DNA of 64,000 bases. Origin: Octopus sinensis. Lineage: Eukaryota. Of the stretch, positions 53,262-64,000 are shown in pieces (the stretch's first letter is position 1; each line of letters opens with the position of its first letter). The position numbers and the translations under genes are program-made. Under the pieces are notes generated by a model. The model was not told the origin of the DNA. It did not search any database and saw only the letters and a program-made list of their open reading frames with translations. The DNA lies in contig NC_043008.1 in the NCBI RefSeq assembly GCF_006345805.1, positions 60,264,001-60,328,000 on the forward strand, in the 5' to 3' direction.

Positions 53262-53626
53262 GATAGAAAAGATAAAATAGAAGAGCTGTATGTTGATGTT
53301 CCATGAAACACAACAGAAGATAGAGAAGTAATGAGGATGAACAATTTATTTATTCATTTAAAAGCCCAGTGCTGCTCTAATGTACATCTTTCTCTTGCGT
53401 TTATTTCTAAAATCAATGCAAAATTGACTTCCATTATCATTAACGATATCATTTATCTTTTATCATTATTAGACGATTTTAGTAAGTCAAAGAGTAAAAT
53501 ATACGAATTAAAACAAAGATTAATTATTTCTTCATTACACATATTAAGAAAAATAATAACTGCCTAGTTTAGAGTTTTATCATCTAGGAAATAATAAAAG
53601 AAAATAGTACTACAATATTGCGCTAT

Positions 53627-53820
53627 GTACTGGGTCATTTACACTAAAGAGGGCGGTGTATCGAGTTATTTACGCAAAAAAGGCGAGATCTATCGGGATA
53701 TTTGCACTAAAATAATCGGTCTATCGAGACATTTACGCTAAAATGTGAAGTCTTCTGGGATATTTACACGAAAGCGTGTAAAGAATGCAGTCTATAGAGG
53801 CCATTTTATAGTAATGTAAA
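53627..53820. repeat. Degenerate 31-bp minisatellite, about 6 copies
   Basis: Units start at 53627, 53658, 53690, 53721, 53752 and 53792 with core (c/g)ta(t/c)cg(a/g)g..atttac(a/g)c.aaa. Confidence 0.75.
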
Positions 53821-54289
53821 CCGCAGGACCAAACTAGGCGGAAAACTGTGGACGCTCAACCTGCAAGAAATAGCAACAAAATCTCCATCAAATCACACCT
53901 TAGCAAATGAAAGAATCCTTAGATAACCTCGTCATAGCTTCTCTGCTCACGCTAAAACACGTGACTGAAATACATTTCGTCAGAAGTCTGCTCGATGTGC
54001 GATGGAATAGGGAGCTTATTCATGATTTCTACCAGCCTAGCTGTAGGCTGTCAGTTATTTCCTTAAGTGTGCCAGTCAAATTTATATTTCCTATAAGCTG
54101 TGGATGTTTTGTTTTTGAATTCCCATCTCGTTCAGAAACAGTGATCCTTGTATTTAAGTCAATGGGACGAGACACATATCACTGGAGCCGGAACCGCTTG
54201 GTTGTAATGAAAGTATCTTAACCAGCTAGAAAGCTATACTTTGGCTATCAAAGAAAAAGAAAATTCAAAGGTCCTTTCCAATTAATAGG

Positions 54290-54510
54290 TTCTAAAGGCT
54301 GGTTTCCACGCATTCTTCGTTGTCATATATTCAATCACGGATGTGACGACTACTCGTTGCAGCATTGCTCATTTTTGCAAACGCTGGAGACTGCAGCAAC
54401 GTGCAATGAACTGCTTTGCTCAAGAACACAATGCATCGACCATTCCTGGAATCGAGACAGTGACCTTATGATCACGAATGCCATACACTAACTGCTAAGC
54501 CACACACCTT
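54290..54510 (-). mobile_element. SINE-C
   Basis: ctcatttttgc...gcaacgtgcaatgaactgctttgctcaagaacacaa...ggaatcgagac...actaactgctaagccac. Confidence 0.75.
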
Positions 54511-54528
54511 TCCATCACTTGGAGATTA

Positions 54529-54645
54529 ATCTCCAGGGATACAGGCATCCAGCAATAGGACCTCCGTAATGCAATGATGGACCGTGAAGTCTGGCGTAGC
54601 ATGGTAAATTCCATTGTCTCGACCACGGTCGAACAATGATGATGA
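54529..54645 (+). mobile_element. 3' tip of an RTE-clade LINE with (TGA)n tail
   Basis: ISRDTGIQQ*DLRNAMMDREVWRSMVNSIVSTTVEQ* followed by tgatgatga; the AM.DR..WR motif is typical of RTE ORF ends. Confidence 0.75.
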
Positions 54646-54734
54646 GGATTTCCATTACTTTAATGTTGAATTTCTAGCTACAATCACGGATTCCTAATTT
54701 ACCTTTCATTCTTCCTGGGTCAATAAAAAATATA

Positions 54735-54995
54735 TATATAAATGCGCCCTTTTAAAGTCTAACCAGGCTTTTAAACTCTAACCGGTTTCCCGGTTTCTAT
54801 GGCGTATGTATTTCCCAGCTCGACGGAACGCCAGTCCATCGCGCCGATACTCATTTGTGCCAGCTGAGTGAACTGGAACAACGTGAAATGAAGTGTTTTG
54901 CTCAAGAACACAACGTGTTGCCCGGTCCAGAAGTCGAAACCACAATCTTACGATCATGGTGATGACACCCTAACCACTAAGCCACGCATGGCCAC
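54735..54995 (-). mobile_element. SINE-C
   Basis: tactcatttgtgccagctgagtgaactggaacaacgtgaaatgaagtgttttgctcaagaacacaac...ccctaaccactaagccacgc. Confidence 0.85.
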
Positions 54996-56469
54996 CAATA
55001 AAAAAAATATGTGTAACAGTTAACTACTGAGGCAGATTTAATCAGCTGAATCTTCGTCACATATTTTAGGCCTTGTACAAACTTTAGTAACTGATATCTA
55101 TAAATAATGTCGAGGCGAATCATGTTGTCTACAATAAAGGAAAAAAATGAGGTCATATATACACTACCGAATGACAAATTGCACTGTGATGTATTAGAGT
55201 ATAAGATGTTGAATATTAGAGCGACATTTCTCTGACAAATAATTTATTAATGATCACATCCATTATTATGATAAAACAAGAAAACTTATGCTGTATGATT
55301 AATATTAATGATTTGCATTTCGTATCGCATCCTTTACAATTAAATCCTTTAACGATAAACAGCTATATATCATTGAGAACACACAAATATATTATCTACA
55401 TTTCCCCTTAGAAGTGTTTGCGCGTGTGTGCGTGTGTGTGTGTATATATATATATGTGTGTGTTGTGTATGTGTGTGTGTATGTATGTGTTTGGTCGATC
55501 GGCAGAGTTTGAGGATTTGACTGCCGGGTAATTAGTCTACGGTAGCTGTTCCGGCGCTTGGCGTTCTAGGTTCAATATTCGGCGAAGTCTCCTGTGCATT
55601 CCATTCTAGCGAAGTCTATGAACAATGAGCCCTTGAAGTTTTGATGTCGATTCTTCCTTTCCTCTTCCTTTCTGACAAAATTTGTCACGCAGCACAAAGA
55701 GAGATTCACTGTTGGTAGGTAAACATTTCTCAGATGTCTAGATGCAGATATCATCTAAAGAAAAATCATAAAATATGGCGGGTGTAAAGGAACAGATACA
55801 TTGAAAAATATGGAGAAATATAGAGTAAGACCATTTAATGCGCAGCAAAAGAGTAGAACGTTACCCTCTGAGCAAGTCATTTTAGAAGCAATGATTTTGC
55901 ACACATCGCGGAATACATACTATCTCTCGTTTATTATAATGTTGGACCTTCCTGTTAGAATCACAGCTGCATTTGTATTTACAAAGATAACCAGTTTTAA
56001 ATTTCCTCACAAACCTCAGATTGCAGATCCAGTTTCCTCGATATCCGTATAAGGGAAGGATATATCTCCCTTACAGCTAGAAATAAAGTCTGGCGTGCTT
56101 ATAAGAGGATTGTAAAGTACGCCACAATATCTCCCATCTATTTGTTTCTGTAACACAGTTTTATAAAGCCAGGCCAGGGCAGATGAAGACTTTCGCTAAT
56201 CTGCTTTAGTAATTAAGTCAGCTGGTTATGAGAGCGTTCATTACAGTACCAATGAACTACAAGTACTTCGACAGAATACAAGTTATTCTAGCAAATAATA
56301 TTTTTCATGGAATTCCATCAGCAATGACGCTAAATATTCAGTTAGTTATTATCGATAAAATTTCTGCGGAACGGACATAATGCAAAAATCAATTATGGCA
56401 TTAATATAATTCCTGGATCGTCGTAACATTTTTGTCAAAATACTATAAGGTTTATGTGCATATAAAATG

Positions 56470-56792
56470 GCACTCCATCGATTACCACGTTGAGTGTTCC
56501 AGTTCATCCGATCGACGAAATAGACTGCTCGAGAAATAACTATAGTAATAGTGGCTGAGTACTCCGCCTTACACGTGTACCATTAAGGTAGTACTTACAG
56601 AGATGCAGCGTGATACAGAATGGGACAAAACTGGCCGTTCGAATCAGAGATAGTACCTAATTTTTGCCAATTTAATGGACTGGAGCAACATCAAATAATG
56701 GGTCTTACTTAAGAACGCAACGAGCCCCTGGGTATCGAAATCACGACCTTACGATCGTAAGCCGAATACACTAACCATTAAGCCACGTGCCT
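56470..56792 (-). mobile_element. SINE-C variant
   Basis: tRNA-like head at the right end (rc: aggcacgtggcttaatggttagtgtattcggc...gatttcgatacc), central domain and 3' part as at 44.3 kb. Confidence 0.7.
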
Positions 56793-57029
56793 ACATTATA
56801 TGTTTGTGTTTGTGTGTGTCGCAAGTGTGCTTTTTTGGAACCTCAAATGAACGTGGATTCGTAAGAAGCCCTTCTATGATATAAAGCATATCAGAGCATT
56901 TTAAAATTTGCAACAGGCAACCTGCTTTCTACCGGATGAGAGAAAGCGAAAGCAGAATAAAGAGAAAGTAAGAGAGATAGGGAGAATGAAGAGTGAAATA
57001 GAAGTTAGAATAATCGAGCTGAAATAACA

Positions 57030-57170
57030 CATTGGCACTTTATATATCAACCACGAAATGATGAAAGGCAAAGTTGAACTCAATTGGAATTGAACCCAAA
57101 GCGTCGATCACTAGAACAGATACTACAATGTATTCTGACACTCGAACAACTTAACCAGCTCAGCCCACCG
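57030..57170 (-). mobile_element. Degenerate SINE-A
   Basis: gatgaaaggcaaagttgaactc..tggaattgaacccaaagcgt. Confidence 0.6.
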
Positions 57171-57659
57171 TGTGTGTGCGGTGCGTGCTTGCATGTGCGT
57201 TCCTGCGTGTGCGCATTTTTCTGTCTGTGTGGATGTGAACAATTAGATCTAGACTCTTTTCCCAGGCTCAAATAAAAGCATTCGCAAAGCAATCGCGCAC
57301 ACATAGACACACACAGAGGCGCGCCGCTCATTCACACGGACGAGTGTATGTACCCCAGCAACGTTTAAATCATGGCAATTGGTTATTCCCTGTGGGTGTT
57401 AGGGCACAGTATGTGTTCCTTTGCAAAGCTCTGTATCATACGATACGCAGCCCCGACAAAGACTGTTTTGTCATCTGTTGACTGATGCAGGGAATTACAC
57501 CAATGCACCAATCGTAGTGGAGTTAATGACTTAGACAGACGGGTGGCGAATCTGGTTTTAAAAGCATACCATTTTGTATGCACTCATTCATGGAAACGTT
57601 ATCCAAGCTAATGCATCTCTATACATATACATATTGTATACACACACATATACAAATAG

Positions 57660-57732
<73 letters not shown>

Positions 57733-57844
57733 CCGTACCTACATACATACATGAATATATAAATACAAATATAACACAGATACACATACATACATACATA
57801 CACACAACACACACACACACATATATATATACTACATATGTGGG

Positions 57845-58010
57845 AAATTCTGTATGTGGCTGTGTTTGTGGAGTTGTTATCTAACTCCTATATCGTTTTA
57901 TCGATTTTGATGAAACTTGACACGTGAGTAGAACTCATGTCTGGAAACTTCGTGGCATACTCATATTGTTGAAAAAAAAATCGACAATAGGGCCCCTGGA
58001 AGGGATACTT
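57845..58010 (+). mobile_element. Possible truncated non-autonomous Helitron-like repeat
   Basis: tgtgtttgt..ctaactcct layout resembles the 5' part of 36339-36855, plus an atcgattttgatgaaacttgacac motif; no 3' hairpin-CTAG found. Confidence 0.3.
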
Positions 58011-58810
58011 ATATATAACTAAAGGAAATAACTCATTCGTTTTCCTAAATTGTTTGGTAAAAATGAAATTGAGTATGCTTGTTTCTTAGCATTTAATCTT
58101 ATTTCGCTTAATGACCTATTCAGGAATATACCAACACTAACGCCCCTATTCTCTGGAAATGCAAAAAAGCCCTTTTCAGAGTTATTTACTATGAATTGTT
58201 ATTATCTCATATCTGATTAGCCTGTTATTAGGTAACATGATTCACGATTTTGGAATATATAGCTTATATATAACGAATTATACAACAAAATTAACACTAT
58301 AATAACAATACTATGAATACAACATTCTTACCGCATATGCGTTGTCTGAACACTCTAAATTGTGGTTTCGCCTGGGAACGATCCATTTAAATACATCTAG
58401 TGTTAAGAAATGCAATGTCCTTCAAAGCTAGGCGAAACAAAATGGTCCAAGAGGTTGTTATGCAGGCGACAGATATGCATTTCACCGTAGTTACAGCTTA
58501 GTAATTTTGCGTATTCGCGTCAACTCCGAAATAAAATCGAATCCGCTAGTCTGAAGTATATACAGACAGTATATAAAGTAATCTGCTAATATTACAGATA
58601 CGCAATATCAGTAAAAAGACGACAGCGATTCCATCTTTGCAGAGATGCTGATTACTGTCTCCTTTATCACGGTCGACCTGGAGGCTTAAGCATCAGTTGA
58701 ACACGAACTCACTCTGAACATTCGCGCACGAACAAACCTTATATACTTACGTACATACATACATATATACATATATATATATATCTACATGTATATATAC
58801 ATACATACAT

Positions 58811-58887
<77 letters not shown>

Positions 58888-58919
58888 ATATATATATATA
58901 TATATATATTTATAATATA

Positions 58920-58950
<31 letters not shown>

Positions 58951-59639
58951 CATATATATATACATATACATACGCACACACATACAAACATATATATGTA
59001 CATGTGTGTGTCTGCGTTGTGATTGTGCAGAGCTACATGCCTGTAGCTCATGTACTGGTAAAATATAAACAATCACACATATACGTGCACAGTTAGGCGC
59101 GTACACATGGCACACACATAATTCGAGGTATTCGAGGTCAGATGTTCTTGTATGTACTCAAACACAAAAGCTAACACCCACACAAAGGCGCACGTACACA
59201 GGCAAAAACAAATACACACATTTACTCACAAACATACACACATTTACACACAATTTACACGCTGATTCATACACGCAAGTACACACGCACATGGATATTT
59301 TCCTACACACACACACAACACACACACACACCACACAGAGGCTTTCAAGAATGATATAACTGTTAACCAGGCTGTACATCTGTAGAGATTGAAATGCACT
59401 TTCTTTCTTTCTCTCTCTTTCTCTTTGAAACTCATACACACACACACACGCACACACAAACATACTAGCCCACACACATTCATTCACAAACATGCACAGG
59501 CACTCACAAACACACACACACACACAGAAACTGACATACACACATACATATCGACTTTCATATATTCATAAACCGCACCCTGGGAATATACACGAAATGA
59601 AGACCAAACAAAAATACACAAACTTTCATTCATTCAACG

Positions 59640-59640
<1 letters not shown>

Positions 59641-59676
<36 letters not shown>

Positions 59677-60085
59677 GACACACAACACACGCACAGACAC
59701 ACACACACGCACAGACACACACACACACACGCACACAACAGACACACGCACACACGCACACACAGACACACACACACGCACACACACACAGACAGACACA
59801 CAGACACACGCACACACGCACACACGCACACACACACAGACACACACACACGCACACACACACACAGACACACACACACACACAGACACACACACACGCA
59901 CACACACACACACAGACAACACACACGCACACACACACACAGACACACACACAGACACACACACACGCACACACGCACACCCCACACACACACACACAGA
60001 CACACGCACACACGCACACACGCACACACACACACACAGACACACACACACACACGTACACACACACACACAGACACACACACAC

Positions 60086-60121
<36 letters not shown>

Positions 60122-60214
60122 CACACACACACACGCACACACGCACACACACACAGACACACACACACACACACAGACACACACACACGCACACACGCAC
60201 ACAACACACACACA

Positions 60215-60254
<40 letters not shown>

Positions 60255-60285
60255 CGCACGCACACACACACACACACACACACGC
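59641..60285. repeat. About 640-bp interrupted (CA)n array with CG/GA variants
   Basis: Direct reading; explains the HT/VC-rich ORFs at 59492-60337. Confidence 0.95.
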
Positions 60286-61110
60286 AAATGTACACGATTA
60301 TGGACTCACTCACCAATAAGCGGATACAAACATACAAGGAAACGTACTTCCCTCATAGTCACACACAAACACTCATGCATCCAAAAATCGTTGTGTTAAT
60401 ATAGCTAGATGTTTATTTAGCCCTATGAGCTGCGATAGAGAAGCTGGATTCGAGATTATGTTTATGTTTTCGTTAATAAACTCACAGTAAAGACCATGAC
60501 AAGATGTCGGTTACATAGGATGGAGAACTTCTTCTCTCAGCAGCGAAACAGCTTTACCTACATGGACTCCTACTAAATATACCTTCTCAAATTATGAAAT
60601 CATACGGAGATAGGGTTGAAAGCTACTAGTCAGAGGAGGTTTGCGGCTGTTAGTTGAAGGTGTTGAAGTTTATTAGGCTGTGGGGCTGTTAGCTGAAGGT
60701 GAGGGCGTGTTGAGAATTGACAGATGAAGAACTGTGTAAGCTGTCGTTTGAGAGGGTTGAATGTGTCTTAGTAGATATTTGGTGGTGTTGGTTGTGGTGG
60801 TATGGTGGCGCCGGTGTGGTTAGTGATGACAAAGCTTACGTTACAAAGGAAATATAGAATATATATAAAATCGCTATAATGCATATGTTTATGTAAATTT
60901 ATGTGTGTGTGTGTCATGTGTGAGAGTGTGTATATATGTATGTGTTTACATACATACATATAAGCACATTTGTATTCATACATTTATATGCATATACATT
61001 TATATATATATAATCACACTTATGCACGCATTTATCTACGTATAAGCACGTACAAACGCTCGCATATATAATATATCTATCTATCTATCTTTGTATCTGT
61101 CTATCTATCA

Positions 61111-61143
<33 letters not shown>

Positions 61144-61172
61144 CACACAAACATTATTCATATGGATATAAG

Positions 61173-61203
<31 letters not shown>

Positions 61204-61689
61204 ATATATATATATAATATTATATATACTTATATCCATATGAATATACATTGCATGTATGATTCTGATAATCATCTCTTGTTCTGTATAAGTTAGTGGC
61301 GTTAACAAACACAAACAGAATCGACATCATAGGGACGAGCTGAATTTATTATAAGAAAATACAAAAGATATGGCGCATAGCAATAGAGAAACTGTTATAT
61401 ATAAGTACAGCTCGCCTGTGCATGAGGGTGTATGTGTGGGCGTATATATACACACACACACACACTCCCTCTCTCTCTCTCACGGGTTTGCTACTTTGAT
61501 ATTTCATAATCTAAAGTTATTTTTAGTTCATCTCTCTCCTTTGATGACCTTATACTTTAGTTGGTGATTTGCTCAATATACACTTGCATACCGTGTAATT
61601 ATATATGTATGTATTAACGTATCTATCTATCTATATTCATATATACATATACATATATATATACATATATGTATATATATATTCTCTTT

Positions 61690-62042
61690 TACTCTTTTGT
61701 TTGTCAGTCATTTGACTGCGGCCATGCGGGAATACTGACTTTTAGTCGAGCAAATCGACCCCAGGACTTATTATTTGTAAGCCTAGTACTTATTCTGTCG
61801 GTCTCTTTTTCGGAAATGCTAAGTTCTGGGGACATAAACACGCCGACATCTGTTGTCAAGCGATGGTCCGGTAACAGACAGACCCCCTTCATATATATAT
61901 ATATATATGTATACGGCGGGCGTCTTTCAGTTTCCGTGTACCAAATCTACACACAAGGCTTTGGTCGGCTAGAGGTTAGGGTAGAAGACACTTGCCGAAG
62001 ATTGTTAAGCACGCCACTTACCACACAGCCACTCCTGCGACT
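61690..62042 (-). mobile_element. SINE-B, near full length
   Basis: Collinear with 8933-9337 from tail (cagtcatttgactgcggccatg) to head (ccacacagccactcctgcg). Confidence 0.85.
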
Positions 62043-62659
62043 ATGTATATGTGTGTGTGTGTGTGTATACCTACATACATATGTGTGTGTGTTTGTATGT
62101 ACAGTTGGATAGGCACATATACATATATGAATATACATGACTTACTAAATATATACAAATCTTTTCAATATCTTATGTAGCATAGTACGATATGAGGCAT
62201 AGTCCGATAAAATGCGTCGTAAATCGGATCAACGATGTTTGCATTGAGGGAAATTAAAACTTCAAGACTAAAATTTAAGGCACCGAAGCTTGTAAAAGTA
62301 TAGTCAGAAATGAAAGCGAAAATTATGGATGATTTTTTTCACGAGTGTTAGTCGTGCGTTAGCTAGTTGAGTAAAGTTTAAGAAATTTGTGTTTTATCTT
62401 AATCTAGTTAATGTGGACTGTGATTATAGCACTTCTAGTTACAAAAGTATGTTTTTTTTTCGACTTTCTCGTCTTTCAAACGCAGTTTATGTCTGTCCTA
62501 CGAATTATTATAATGTCATGGCGGAAAAAGAGACAAGTGGCGGCGTCTAACTGATAACAAATAGATCACTTAAGATTCTAAAAAGTGTATATCTATCTTT
62601 CTATCTGTCTGTTTTTCTATCTGTCTGTCCGTCTATCTGTCTGTACGTCCGTCTGACTG

Positions 62660-62720
<61 letters not shown>

Positions 62721-63189
62721 ATACTATCTATCTATCTATCTATCTGTCTATATACCTACCTATCTGTCTGTCTATCTATGTATGCATGTATGAACAAAAT
62801 GCTTACAACCATTTTGTTCATATATGATTACCTGACTGAAATTTTACCTGATTATTTTGGATTATATATTGTGATGTAATGTTTTAAGACTGCAATAAAT
62901 AAATAAATAAACTATCGAAACAGCTGCCGTAAGTTTTGGACGCTATTTGTGTTTACTTCTTATACCTGAGTCACACGAAAGATTCACCCAGGAGTCGGAT
63001 CTATGGTCCAAATCGGATTTGGTACTTACATATCTACAGTAGCCTACGAACAATTCGTGTATTCATTGTTCTTTACCTCAATGTGAATTCTTCTGTTATT
63101 GTAGATAGCCATTTTAAGCGCCCTGCGGGTCGATCTGCCGTGATTCTTATGAAATCATATATATATATATATATATATACATATATATA

Positions 63190-63394
63190 TAGTCGACATG
63201 ATAGATCGTCAGCCACTACACACATTTTTTTGTCTCGTTGTTTCTCTCCTTGTTTTTTTCTGTGTTCCTTTCTGTAGAAGAGCGTAGCCTCGAAACGTAA
63301 AATACTTTTTCTATTCCTGGGCGTTAACCTAATACATCTGTTTGTTTTGTACACCACCTGTCTTCGTCTTTTGTTTTTTCGTAAACTCTCCCCA
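63190..63394 (+). mobile_element. Penelope-like terminal-repeat fragment with a degenerate minimal hammerhead-like motif at 63268-63303
   Basis: cttt-CTGTAGA-a-GAG-cgtagc-CTC-GAAAC-GTA-aaat, the CTG..GA..CGAAACGT layout of Penelope pLTR hammerheads; no RT or GIY-YIG ORF present. Confidence 0.5.
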
Positions 63395-63810
63395 TAGGAG
63401 TGGATATGTGGTAAGTAGCTTGCTTACCAGCCACATGGTCCTGGGTTCAGTCCCACTGCGTGGCACTTTGGGCAAGGGTCTTCTACTATAGCCCCGAGCC
63501 GACCAAAGCCTTGTGAATAGATTTGGTAGATGGAAACAGGACGAAGCTCGTCGTATATGTGTAATATATATATATGTTTAGGTGTGTGTATATATGTTTG
63601 TGTCTGTCTGTCCACCCAGCATCACTTGACAACCGATGCTGGTGTGTTTACGTCACCGTAACTTAGCGGTTCGGCAAAAGAGATCGATAGAATAAGTACT
63701 TGGCTTACAAAGAATAAGCTCTGGGGTCTATTTAATCGACTTTAAAGGCAGTGCTCCGGCATGGCCGTAGTCAAATGACTGAAACAAGTAAAAGAGAAAA
63801 GAATAAAGAG
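63395..63810 (+). mobile_element. Full-length SINE-B
   Basis: Head ggagtggatatgtggtaag...gggttcagtccc, ctttgggcaag, internal microsatellite, tail gcatggccgtagtcaaatgactgaaacaagtaaaaga. Confidence 0.9.
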
Positions 63811-63813
63811 TAT

Positions 63814-63851
<38 letters not shown>

Positions 63852-64000
63852 TATATAATATATATATATATATCTCTACTACCAGAAAATCAATGTTTTT
63901 ATAGGTTTGTCTACATATATTAATACCTCCAGATGAACTCATAGAAACATATGTACCCACACAGATGTTTGCATACACATATACGTATACACACACCACA

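Noticed and set aside
53627-53820. CRISPR-like repeat/spacer appearance
   Set aside because: The period of about 31 bp is too short, the variable parts are homologous to each other, and the context is eukaryotic.

Overview
This is AT-rich animal genomic DNA, intronic or intergenic, with no convincing host protein-coding gene, RNA gene or CRISPR array. The SINE repertoire and microsatellite load look like an Octopus-type cephalopod genome; that is an inference from family resemblance, not a database search. Nearly all ORFs in the supplied track are translated microsatellites. The real content is transposable-element fossils. Three tRNA-headed SINE families (A, B and C here) occur in over 25 copies. 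Other retroelement relics are a 2.25-kb 5'-truncated CR1 LINE (RT domain, 39.1-41.4 kb), 3' ends of L1/Tx1, R4/Dong and RTE LINEs, a CRE-type CCHC plus restriction-like-endonuclease relic, and a Penelope-like repeat carrying a degenerate minimal hammerhead motif. DNA-type elements are a complete non-autonomous Helitron and several foldback or MITE-like palindromes. The largest unexplained structure is a young 14 x 221-bp tandem array (29.8-32.9 kb). It was amplified from the inversion junction of a sequence whose un-inverted relative lies at 37.85-38.32 kb. It shows incipient dimeric higher-order structure, and its two terminal units share private variants. The SINE-B 3' tail is collinear with the CR1 3' end and keeps the same stem-loop through compensatory changes. 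Recurrent single-base deletions in short runs suggest long-read consensus errors in this assembly. Coordinates of degenerate copies are approximate.
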